Origin: Gemmatimonadaceae bacterium
Lineage (GTDB): Bacteria > Gemmatimonadota > Gemmatimonadetes > Gemmatimonadales > Gemmatimonadaceae
NCBI GenBank assembly: GCA_033763905.1
Contig: JANRJP010000028.1
Coordinates: 1-56,438 of the forward strand
DNA: 56,438 nt
Reading direction: 5' to 3'
Positions 38,566 through 46,693 of this stretch are shown here, in pieces (within the stretch, counting starts at the first letter, position 1; each line of letters begins with the position of its first letter). The notes under the pieces are model-generated. The model did no database searches and was not told where the DNA came from. It worked only from the letters and a program-made list of their open reading frames with translations. A program made the position numbers and the translations under genes.

Positions 38566-39117
38566 TTACGGCGCGATGAGGGTGAACTGCACCGGCAGGC
38601 TGTACGAGCCCGGCGGATCGGTCGCGATGTTGAAGTTCGTGCGGAAGGCGACGTTGACGTTCGCCGAACCGGACGCCGCACCCGAGGCGACATCGGTCGC
38701 GGTAGTCGCGATCGCACCGAAGGCGCCGCCGTTGATGCTGGCCAGCAAGGTCGTCGCGGCGCGCGCCGGATCCGTGGTGCCGCCGGCGGGCGTGAACGTC
38801 CAGGTCGTGGCCGTCGCGTTGAGCTGGAGGCGCCACGCGCGGTTGGCGCGGATCGTGACGCCCTGCGTCGCCGAGGTCAGTTCCGCGACGGTGCCGCCCG
38901 ACGCGGTGTACTGGTTTTCGTTGGTCACGTCGCCCAGGGCGATCGTGGTGCTCGGGATCGTGAGGCGCACCACGTGCTGCACCGTGGTCGACACCGACGC
39001 CGCGACGTTACACGTCGCGCTGGCGGCACCGTTCGCCGAGCACGTCTGTGCCGACGCCGACGTCGCCGTCAGCATCACGGCCGCCGCAGCGGCCAGCGGG
39101 AGAAACTTCTTGAACAT
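38566..39117 (-). CDS. Putative major pilin, operon 2
   Basis: RBS GAGG; signal peptide ASA|Q; Cys pair; Ala/Thr-rich; PGSYSLPVQFTLIAP terminal strand. Confidence 0.72.
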   Translation of the reverse strand: MFKKFLPLAAAAAVMLTATSASAQTCSANGAASATCNVAASVSTTVQHVVRLTIPSTTIALGDVTNENQYTASGGTVAELTSATQGVTIRANRAWRLQLNATATTWTFTPAGGTTDPARAATTLLASINGGAFGAIATTATDVASGAASGSANVNVAFRTNFNIATDPPGSYSLPVQFTLIAP

Positions 39118-39193
39118 TGCGCTTCGTCCTCTCTGAGGGTCCAGGATCCGCACCATCGCGGACCCGACTACGGGCGTTCTGCCGAGATACTGA

Positions 39194-39209
39194 CGAACGA
39201 CTTGTGCCA
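39194..39209 (-). promoter_or_regulatory. Possible sigma54 promoter (degenerate -12)
   Basis: TGGCAC-AAGTC-GTTCG, 92 nt before the ATG; the operon 1 element is 94 nt before its ATG. Confidence 0.35.
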
Positions 39210-39317
39210 CCGTCACGAGTTCGGGGGCTGTACCGAAGTTGCACACCCCGGCCGTAACTCGATGTTCCGTCGTGGTTTGCACACCCGAGCCGGATGTCGC
39301 GTCTCCAGTCGGCTGGC

Positions 39318-39365
39318 GTCACGGCGGAAGCGCGACCGTCACGTGCTGGGCGCGTGGCGGTCACG
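39318..39365. promoter_or_regulatory. Three phased GTCACG direct repeats upstream of operon 2
   Basis: GTCACG at 39318, 39338 and 39360 (20 and 22 nt spacing); a fourth copy at 39212. Confidence 0.5.
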
Positions 39366-39495
39366 GCCGACATTGGCCCCTCGCCCGGGCCGCTTGCCCC
39401 TCCCGTGATGGTGGTGCCTCGGGCGTGCGGCGTCCTGCACGGACGTTCGGCGAATTGCAGTGAGGCGCGCGCCGCGAAGGGCCGACACTCTCGAG

Positions 39496-40014
39496 ATGCG
39501 CGCTCGGCGAATCGCATTCCTGTGTCGGATGGTTGGGGCCGCCTGCGCGGTGGTCCTGACCAGCGTGGCGCCGTCCGCGGCACGTGCACAGGACGTGGTG
39601 GAGGCGCCGGCGGTCGTGCGGCTGGATCTGCCCGCGGTGGCGCGCGTCTTGTCGCTGCGGGCCGTCCGCGAGTCGTCCACGGACGCCACACAGCGGGTGC
39701 GCGTGCTGGTGCAGACCGTGGCGAACGACGTGCACGATGTGCTGTTGACGGCCCCCCGTGAGGGCTGGTGCGTGCGGGTCGACGATGCGGTGTGCCGCCC
39801 CGTCGCGTTGAGCGGAACGCCCATTGCGCCAACGCAGGCGATGGGTCGCGGCAGTTTCGTGCTCACCCTCGAAGGAGCGCCCGCTGCGGCGGATGTCGTC
39901 GATGTCGTGGTGCGGACGATGATCCCAGGTCGCTTCGGTGAAGCCCGCGCACGGATCGCGCCGGTGTCGGAGAGCCGACGCGGTGCCGTCGCTGACGAGA
40001 AGGAACGCCGCTAG
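39496..40014 (+). CDS. Small secreted hypothetical protein, divergent from pilus operon 2
   Basis: Signal peptide ARA|Q; beta-rich with a Cys pair. Confidence 0.5.
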   Translation: MRARRIAFLCRMVGAACAVVLTSVAPSAARAQDVVEAPAVVRLDLPAVARVLSLRAVRESSTDATQRVRVLVQTVANDVHDVLLTAPREGWCVRVDDAVCRPVALSGTPIAPTQAMGRGSFVLTLEGAPAAADVVDVVVRTMIPGRFGEARARIAPVSESRRGAVADEKERR

Positions 40015-40043
40015 CTTCCGCCGGACCCCGACCACCGGAGTGT

Positions 40044-40739
40044 GTGTCCGTGTCCGATCGAACTGTCGAGCGTCGTTCGTTCCTCGCGCGAGTGGCAGCG
40101 GCGGCGTCGGCCGCCGGTGGCGCGTTTCTGTTGCCCGACGCTGCCGCGAGCCAAGTGCCGTCCGCGCCCTCGCGGACGCCGCATCCGCTCGATGCCTGGC
40201 TGGCGCAGCTGCCCGGCGCGCACCGACTGATCCTTGATGCCGTCACGCCGTTCGGCGCGATCGAGGCGTCGATGTTCGGCTGGAACTTCCTCCGCACGAG
40301 CGGCGCGCCCTATGCGCTCAAGGATCAGGACCACGCGGTGGTCATCACGCTGCGTCACAACGCCACGGTGATGGCCTTGCCGCAGGCGCTGTGGGACAAG
40401 TACCCGGCCCTCGTGCCGGCGACGGCCTTCGACAATCCGCTCGCGGCAGATGGCGCATCGCCGACGTCGCGCGCGAGCATCCTGCGGCCGGGCAGTGCGG
40501 CATCCGTCGCCGCGCCCTTCCAGTTCGACGGCTTGGCGAAGCGAGGGATTCATTTTGCCATCTGCGGCGCGGCGATGGGCCGACTGACCGGCAGCGCAGC
40601 GGGCCCGAAGGGTGACACGAAGGCGGTGCGCGCCGAACTCGAGGCGTCGCTCCCGCCGAACAGCCACGTGATGCCGTCCGGGATCGTGGCTGTGCAGCGT
40701 GCGCAGGAACTGGGCTTCAGCTACGCGCACACGAGCTGA
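40044..40739 (+). CDS. Tat-exported protein, DsrE-like C-terminal region
   Basis: Twin-arginine motif ERRSFL; GIHFAICGAA and SGIVAVQRAQELGFSY resemble DsrE-fold proteins. Confidence 0.6.
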   Translation: MSVSDRTVERRSFLARVAAAASAAGGAFLLPDAAASQVPSAPSRTPHPLDAWLAQLPGAHRLILDAVTPFGAIEASMFGWNFLRTSGAPYALKDQDHAVVITLRHNATVMALPQALWDKYPALVPATAFDNPLAADGASPTSRASILRPGSAASVAAPFQFDGLAKRGIHFAICGAAMGRLTGSAAGPKGDTKAVRAELEASLPPNSHVMPSGIVAVQRAQELGFSYAHTS

Positions 40740-40836
40740 CCGATGGCGCGGGGGCGGCGCGGCCGCCCCAGCGCCGTTCGCTCGACACCGAGCCGATTAG
40801 TTTCCGGCACTGCCTGTTCCTCTACCGGAGTTGCCG

Positions 40837-41115
40837 ATGGCCGACATCACCTGTACCCGCTGCGGCAACACGCGCGCGGGGTTCGACAAGCCGCCGTTTC
40901 CGGGTCCGCTCGGGGCCCGCATCATCGCCGAGACCTGCACGGTCTGCTGGGAAGACTGGAAGAAGCAGCAGACGATGCTGATCAACCACTACGGCCTCAA
41001 CGTGATGGACCCGCAGGCGCGAAAGTTCCTCACGCAGAATATGAGCGCGTACCTCTTCAAGAGTGGGAGCGCAGACGCGGTCGACACGACCAAGCAGGGC
41101 ACGATCGCGTGGTGA
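40837..41115 (+). CDS. yggX: Fe(II)-trafficking / oxidative damage protection protein (YggX family)
   Basis: PPFPGPLGARI, WEDWKKQQTMLIN, ARKFL. Confidence 0.88.
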   Translation: MADITCTRCGNTRAGFDKPPFPGPLGARIIAETCTVCWEDWKKQQTMLINHYGLNVMDPQARKFLTQNMSAYLFKSGSADAVDTTKQGTIAW

Positions 41116-41150
41116 GCGGGCTGGGCACGCGGGCTCACGCGCCGCGGCGG

Positions 41151-43067
41151 ATGCGCGCGGCGATCCTCGGCGCGGCGCTCGTGGGCGCCGCCGGGTGCCA
41201 GCCCGCCTTGCAGCCGGCGTTTCCGCCGGTGGCGACCCCCGTGGCGACCCCGGTCGCTGCACCGACTCGCGTGGCACCAACGATGTCGGCCGGCGAAGGC
41301 CGAGTGTGGGTCGATTCGGTGATGCGATCCCTGACGACGCGGCAGAAGGTGGCGCAGCTCGTCTGGCCCTGGGTGCTCGGCGACTATCAGGCCGACAACG
41401 CCCCGCAGTTTCAGCGACAGCTGCGACTGATTCGCGACGAACAGGTCGGTGGCGTGATCATCTCGATCGGTTCGCCGGTGGAAGTCGCGGCCAAGCTCAA
41501 CGCCCTGCAGCGTGCGGCGAAGTTGCCACTGCTGGTCGGCGCGGATCTCGAAACCGGGGCCGCCTTCCGCTTCCGCGGTGGCTATGCGACGCCGAACGGG
41601 TTGGACCTCGGCGGGTCGACGATGTTCCCGCCGCCAATGGCCATCGGGGCGACGAATGATCCGACGCTGGCCGCCGCGATGGGAACGATCACGGCCAAGG
41701 AAGGCCGCGCGATCGGCGCGCACATTGCGTTCGCGCCGGTGCTCGATGTGAACAACAACCCGCGGAATCCCGTCATTGGCGCGCGTGCGTTTTCGGAACG
41801 CGCCGATGCTGTCGGGCGTCTTGGCGCGGCCTTCATTCGCGGGATGCAGTCCGCCGGGATGGCGGCGACGGGCAAGCATTTCCCCGGGCACGGCGACACC
41901 GAGCAGAACTCGCATCTCGAGCTGGCGCGTGTGACCGCGTCGCGCGCACGGATCGATTCGGTGGAGTTGGCGCCGTATCGCGAAGCCATCGCGGCCGGGA
42001 TGCGTGGCGTGATGGGCTTCCACGGCCGGATGGACGCGCTCGATTCCACCGGGGTCGCCGCGACGCTGTCGAAGCGCATCATGACGAACCTGCTCCGCGA
42101 TGAACTGGGTTTCCGCGGTTTGGTCGTGACCGACGCGCTCGATATGAACGGCGTGATGGGCAGTCTGGGCCAGAGCGAAGTGTGCGTACGGGCCTTTGAT
42201 GCAGGCGCCGACATTCTGTTGATGCCGAGTGATCTGCCGCAGTGCATCACGTCGGTCACGACGGCCGTCGATAGCGGCCGCGTGTCGATGAGCCGACTCG
42301 ACGCGAGCGTCCGCCGACTGCTCGAAGAAAAGGTGCGGATGGGGCTGCCCCTGCAGCGCACCGTGGATGTGGAGGCGGTGCGTGCCGTGGTGGGTGACAC
42401 TGCGCACCTCGCGGTGGCGCGCACGGTGGCCGAGCGGGCCATTACGCTCGCGAAGGATTCGCTGAATCAGGTGCCGCTCGCGCGCTTGCCGCGTGAGACG
42501 CGTGTCCTGAGTGTGACGGTGGCCACGCGGACGGATCTCGGCGCTGGTGCGACGTTCAATGCCGAGCTGCAACGGCGCTTCCCGCGCGTGAAGACCGAGC
42601 TCGTGATGCCCGAGCAGGCCAATGATGCCACCGTGGCGACGCAGAACGGTGGGCCGCCGCGCTACGTCGCGGGCGCGGGTGCGGACGCCGCGATCGTGGG
42701 CGGCTCGGTGGGGAACGTGCTCCGTGCGGCGGATTCGGCGGACGTCGTGATCGTGAGTTCGTACGTGAACATCTCGAGCGTCACGGCGACGGCGGCAGCT
42801 CCGCGCGGCGTGGTGGAGTTGTTGCGCGCGCTCAGGGCGAAGGGCAAGCAACCGATCGTGGTCGCGTTCGGATCGCCGTATCTGTTGACCGACGTCCCCG
42901 AGGTCAGCGCGTATCTGGTGGCGTGGAGCGCGTGGCCACTCGCGCAGCGCGCGGCCGCGCGCGCCGTGTTGGGCGAGATTCCGATTCGCGGCGTGTTGCC
43001 GGCGTCGGTGGGGCCTGGCGCGCCGTCGGGCGCCGGGTTGCAGCGTCCACTGGGCGTGGTGCCGTAA
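41151..43067 (+). CDS. GH3 beta-N-acetylglucosaminidase-like lipoprotein
   Basis: ADLETG, APVLDVNNNP, KHFPGHG, LVVTDALDM; C-terminal GH3 domain. Alternative start GTG 41112. Confidence 0.9.
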   Translation: MRAAILGAALVGAAGCQPALQPAFPPVATPVATPVAAPTRVAPTMSAGEGRVWVDSVMRSLTTRQKVAQLVWPWVLGDYQADNAPQFQRQLRLIRDEQVGGVIISIGSPVEVAAKLNALQRAAKLPLLVGADLETGAAFRFRGGYATPNGLDLGGSTMFPPPMAIGATNDPTLAAAMGTITAKEGRAIGAHIAFAPVLDVNNNPRNPVIGARAFSERADAVGRLGAAFIRGMQSAGMAATGKHFPGHGDTEQNSHLELARVTASRARIDSVELAPYREAIAAGMRGVMGFHGRMDALDSTGVAATLSKRIMTNLLRDELGFRGLVVTDALDMNGVMGSLGQSEVCVRAFDAGADILLMPSDLPQCITSVTTAVDSGRVSMSRLDASVRRLLEEKVRMGLPLQRTVDVEAVRAVVGDTAHLAVARTVAERAITLAKDSLNQVPLARLPRETRVLSVTVATRTDLGAGATFNAELQRRFPRVKTELVMPEQANDATVATQNGGPPRYVAGAGADAAIVGGSVGNVLRAADSADVVIVSSYVNISSVTATAAAPRGVVELLRALRAKGKQPIVVAFGSPYLLTDVPEVSAYLVAWSAWPLAQRAAARAVLGEIPIRGVLPASVGPGAPSGAGLQRPLGVVP

Positions 43068-43097
43068 GCGCGGCTGACGCGCACGGGATGAAATGAC

Positions 43098-43128
43098 GAA
43101 CGCCCCGACGCAGTGCGTCGGGGCGTTC
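43098..43128. terminator. Hairpin between convergent genes (likely bidirectional terminator)
   Basis: GAACGCCCCGACGC-AGT-GCGTCGGGGCGTTC perfect inverted repeat. Confidence 0.75.
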
Positions 43129-43153
43129 CGGCGATCGGAGCTGCGGGCGGGAA

Positions 43154-43363
43154 TTAGCCCTGCTTCGTCACGTCGGCGGCCTGCGGCCCCTTCTGTCCTT
43201 GGACGATTTCGAACTCGACCTTGTCGCCCTCGGCCAGCGTCTTGAAGCCATTGCCCTGGATGGCGCTGAAGTGGACGAACACATCAGCACCGCCTTCGCG
43301 CTGAATGAAGCCGAAGCCCTTGGCGTCGTTGAACCACTTCACCGTCCCGCTGATCCGTGCCAT
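43154..43363 (-). CDS. Cold-shock protein (CspA family)
   Basis: [31 protein letters not shown]. Confidence 0.97.
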   Translation of the reverse strand: MARISGTVKWFNDAKGFGFIQREGGADVFVHFSAIQGNGFKTLAEGDKVEFEIVQGQKGPQAADVTKQG

Positions 43364-43572
43364 TGCTGCTTACCTCTCCGCCCCGCGAGGGGTGCGTTCT
43401 GGAACCTGAACCCTTCGCTGCGGGTCGAACGACGATGTCCGACCGGACGCGGAGAGTCCTCCACAGGGTCCTAAGCTAACGCCGATTGGACGAAGCGCCT
43501 GTCAGGAAAACGCGGACACGACCCCTGCCCAAACGGTGGGGTCTGCGGCTGCCTGTAGAGGCGACGGGGCCG

Positions 43573-43791
43573 TCAGGCGGCGCCCGACGACCCCGAGATG
43601 TAGCGAGCTGTCCGGCCGCACGCCTCACACTTGAGCGTGATCTGCGCGCGGGCGGGAGGAGGGAACACCGCCGGGTCGCGCGCGATGGTGCCCGAGCAAC
43701 TCGGGCAAGAGAGCGGAACGCCAGAGCGGTCGCTCGAGATCAGGTGCAGGGCCTGCGCGGGATTGTACGCGGCCGGGCGTGGCTTGCGCAT
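43573..43791 (-). CDS. Small zinc-ribbon protein (72 aa)
   Basis: RBS GGAGG; CPSC...CEAC; promoter TTGACT-16 nt-TATATT upstream. Confidence 0.7.
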   Translation of the reverse strand: MRKPRPAAYNPAQALHLISSDRSGVPLSCPSCSGTIARDPAVFPPPARAQITLKCEACGRTARYISGSSGAA

Positions 43792-43933
43792 CGTGCCTCC
43801 GAGGTTTGTTGATGCCTGATGCTGGGCACCAACAAACAAGAATATAGGAGACCGCTTTGGCAAGTCAAAGCAAAATAAAGACTTGCGCGGATTTCTCTGA
43901 CGGAAATGTAGGGATATCCCCTACACTTTACTC

Positions 43934-44692
43934 TCAGAGCGACAGAATCCGCAAGAGCCGGAAGTTGCGATCGAATACCGGAACAACCACGACGTTGTTA
44001 CCGAGCGACTCGACGGGGTCGTAGATCGCAAATCCGAGGTCGCCGACCTCGAAGAGGTACACCTGCTGGTCGTGCAGCGGCTTGCCGGCCTGATCCTGCC
44101 ACGCGCCAACCGCGCGGCGACAGGCGCTGGGCTTCGTCACCAAGCGAACATCGCTGGCGCGCACACGGGGCTCGCCGGTCTTCGTGACCCCGTAGGTCTC
44201 GGCCAGCGCATTCGCCAGCCAGGTCGAACTGACATCCGACGGGCGGCAGGGTGTGATCGCCGTCGGTAGCGAGAGCTCTTCCCGCTGCTGCGACAACAGC
44301 GCGTGGCCGGTCTTGAGGACGACGAAGAGCGTGTCCGAACTGCCGCGACGGACCAGCACTGTGCGGCGATTTCGCGCGTAGCCGATCGCACGGGCTTCGA
44401 CGACGCGCCAGCCCGCAGGGACGTCGGGGAGCACAAAGCGGCCGAGGGAGTCGCTCAGGGTCCGCCACGGCGAGACCGGCGCACCGGGCGCGGTGTCACT
44501 GGTCGCGAAGAGCACCACGTTCGGGACCGCAGCGCCGGTCGTAGAGTCGACCACGACGCCGACGAGCTCACCGGATCCGAAGACCGTTCTGGTGTCGGTG
44601 CGCGCCGTGACGCTGTTCGGGCGAACGGCTCCGCCGAACGGGAGACACCCCCCGGCCAACAGCGACGCGGCAAGCAGACGGCGGACCTGCAT
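43934..44692 (-). CDS. Secreted protein or lipoprotein with carboxypeptidase-regulatory-like domain
   Basis: LAGGC; GVVVDSTTGAAVPNV...SDSLGRFVL...VEARAIGY. Confidence 0.75.
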   Translation of the reverse strand: MQVRRLLAASLLAGGCLPFGGAVRPNSVTARTDTRTVFGSGELVGVVVDSTTGAAVPNVVLFATSDTAPGAPVSPWRTLSDSLGRFVLPDVPAGWRVVEARAIGYARNRRTVLVRRGSSDTLFVVLKTGHALLSQQREELSLPTAITPCRPSDVSSTWLANALAETYGVTKTGEPRVRASDVRLVTKPSACRRAVGAWQDQAGKPLHDQQVYLFEVGDLGFAIYDPVESLGNNVVVVPVFDRNFRLLRILSL

Positions 44693-44759
44693 CACGAATA
44701 ACCTAGGGGGCTCGGGCGTCCGCCACCATAGCACCGGGTGGGGGGCGGAGTGGACACCT

Positions 44760-44792
44760 TAGGGTACGCACACTACCCTAGACAGTCTAGGG
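44760..44792. promoter_or_regulatory. Putative TetR operator (overlapping inverted repeats)
   Basis: CCCTAGAC-A-GTCTAGGG (44776-44792) and TAGGGTA-N7-TACCCTA (44760-44780), just upstream of the TetR gene. Confidence 0.6.
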
Positions 44793-44814
44793 CTCTCCCC
44801 GCAACCTGTTCGCC

Positions 44815-45474
44815 GTGACCGCTCGAAGCACCCCCGCCGCTGGCACCGCCGCCCGTGAGACCACCAAGGAGCGCATCCTCGGGGTGGCCCTCGAGTTGTT
44901 TAACGCGCGCGGAGAAGCGGGGGTGACCACGGCGCAGATCGCACGGGAGCTCGAGATTTCCGAAGGCAATCTCTGGTACCATTTCCGCACCAAGCGCGAT
45001 CTGGTGCACGCCCTGTTTGATCGGATGGAGCGGGCGATCGACGACGTACTCGCGCGACCCGCTGGCCCCGCCGCGCCGATGGCGCACTTCGCCGAATACA
45101 CGCGACGCTCGGTAGAAGTGCTGTGGACGTATCGGTTCCTCTTCCGCGATCACGCGATTCTCTTGCGCGAAGACGCCGAGCGGCTCGCGCGCCACGCGGC
45201 CTTCACGGAGCGCGGCGTCACCTTCGTGGCCCGCATTCTGGCCGGGATGGTCGACGCCGGCTTGTTGCGCATCGAGCGCGATCATCTGCACCCGGTCGCC
45301 ACCAATGCGTGGATCATCGGGCGCTACTGGATCGACTATCTCGAATCAAAGGGTGTGGAACTGCACGGCAGCGAGGCGCACGTGAAGGGCGCGCTGGCGC
45401 AAATGGCCGTGCTCCTGCGCCCGTATATGACACCGCGCGCGCTCCGACAGACCGGCGTCCTGCTCGATGGCTGA
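44815..45474 (+). CDS. TetR/AcrR family transcriptional regulator
   Basis: TKERILGVALELFN...TTAQIARELEISEGNLWYHFRTKRDL. Confidence 0.93.
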   Translation: MTARSTPAAGTAARETTKERILGVALELFNARGEAGVTTAQIARELEISEGNLWYHFRTKRDLVHALFDRMERAIDDVLARPAGPAAPMAHFAEYTRRSVEVLWTYRFLFRDHAILLREDAERLARHAAFTERGVTFVARILAGMVDAGLLRIERDHLHPVATNAWIIGRYWIDYLESKGVELHGSEAHVKGALAQMAVLLRPYMTPRALRQTGVLLDG

Positions 45475-45478
45475 CGCG

Positions 45479-46456
45479 CTACCAGTGATCGGGACGACGC
45501 CAGAGTCGCTTCCCAACACGCCAGGGGCGCTTGCTCGTGAAGGGTTCGCCGGCGGCGAAGTGTTCGTCTTCCGCGAGCGTTTCGAGCACATCGTTCGCCT
45601 TGGCTGACGCTTCGTCGGCCCAATGCACGATCTCGGCCTCGGCGGTGGCCGGCGGGACCGCGGCACCGTACTCAGCGATGCCGTGATGGGACAGGATGAA
45701 GTGCTGCAGCTCCAGCACCTGCGCGTGGCTCAGGCCGTGATCGGGCGTGGCCGCGAGGCGCTGGTTGAGCATCCAGCTTCCCAGCACGATGTGGCCCACC
45801 AGATGCCCAGCCGGCGTGTTCGAGAAGCCAGCCGCATCAGCGGCGTAGGACTCCACCTTCCCGACATCGTGAATGAGCGCGCCGACGAAGGCGAGCTCGG
45901 CGTTGGCCTTCATCACGCGCGCGATGTTCTGCGCGATCGACGCCACTTCGCAGGTGTGCACCAACAGGCCACCCGCGGTGGCGTGATGTCCGACGGTCGA
46001 ACCGGCGCCGCGCTCGAATGCCTCACGAAACACCGGGTCCCCGAAGAACAACTGCGCCGCCCGGCGAAGCGGTACCGACTTGAGCTTCCCCAGTTCTTCG
46101 TCGAGCCAGCTCCACAGCTTCTCGAGCCGCTTCGGCGCCTCCGCGCGCACGAACTGCGACAGATCGAAGCCATCCTTCGGCAGGACGCGTAGCGACGTCA
46201 GTTCGAGCTGTCGCTTCCCGCGATACTCCTTGATCGTTCCGATCGCCTGCACGAAGCTGCCGCGCTCGGCGCCTTCGACAAGCGAGGCCTGATTGCTCCA
46301 GACCGGCGCGGTGTCGAGCGAGCCGGTGGCGTTGCCGAGCGTGAGAATCCAAAAGGGATCACCGGCACCGGTCTTCTTCTCGTGCCGTTCCCGCACGACG
46401 AGTTCGTGCTGGACGCGATCGCCGATGGCGAGTGCCGTAAAGTCGAGCGGCGTCAC
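45479..46456 (-). CDS. YhaM/Cbf1-like 3'-5' exoribonuclease (OB fold + HD domain)
   Basis: N-terminal OB fold; HHATAGGLLVHT, IHDVGK, GHIVLG, ILSHHG, VHWADE. Confidence 0.87.
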   Translation of the reverse strand: MTPLDFTALAIGDRVQHELVVRERHEKKTGAGDPFWILTLGNATGSLDTAPVWSNQASLVEGAERGSFVQAIGTIKEYRGKRQLELTSLRVLPKDGFDLSQFVRAEAPKRLEKLWSWLDEELGKLKSVPLRRAAQLFFGDPVFREAFERGAGSTVGHHATAGGLLVHTCEVASIAQNIARVMKANAELAFVGALIHDVGKVESYAADAAGFSNTPAGHLVGHIVLGSWMLNQRLAATPDHGLSHAQVLELQHFILSHHGIAEYGAAVPPATAEAEIVHWADEASAKANDVLETLAEDEHFAAGEPFTSKRPWRVGKRLWRRPDHW

Positions 46457-46459
46457 GAC

Positions 46460-46693
46460 TCAGCCGTCGACGATGTCGCCGTCGGTGGTGATGACGATCT
46501 CCTGCCGCGTATTGCACACGCCGCACTGCAGTTCGGCGCGCCAGATACCGCCGAGCGCGTCCCGCTCCGCGGCGGTGGCCTCGGCCACCTTGCTCCGCTT
46601 CCAGCTGTACTCGCCGCACTTTACGCAGGCGTGCGACCGGGCGATGCGTTCCGCCCGGTCGCGCGACATCGGGAGTGGCGGCGTATCGTTCAC
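46460..46693 (-). CDS. Small zinc-ribbon protein (77 aa)
   Basis: CVKC...CGVC; GTGA overlap with the SPFH gene. Confidence 0.7.
   Translation of the reverse strand: MNDTPPLPMSRDRAERIARSHACVKCGEYSWKRSKVAEATAAERDALGGIWRAELQCGVCNTRQEIVITTDGDIVDG

Noticed and set aside
26185..40040. Pilus locus as a mobile genomic island
   Set aside because: No integrase, transposase, tRNA or flanking direct repeats were seen.
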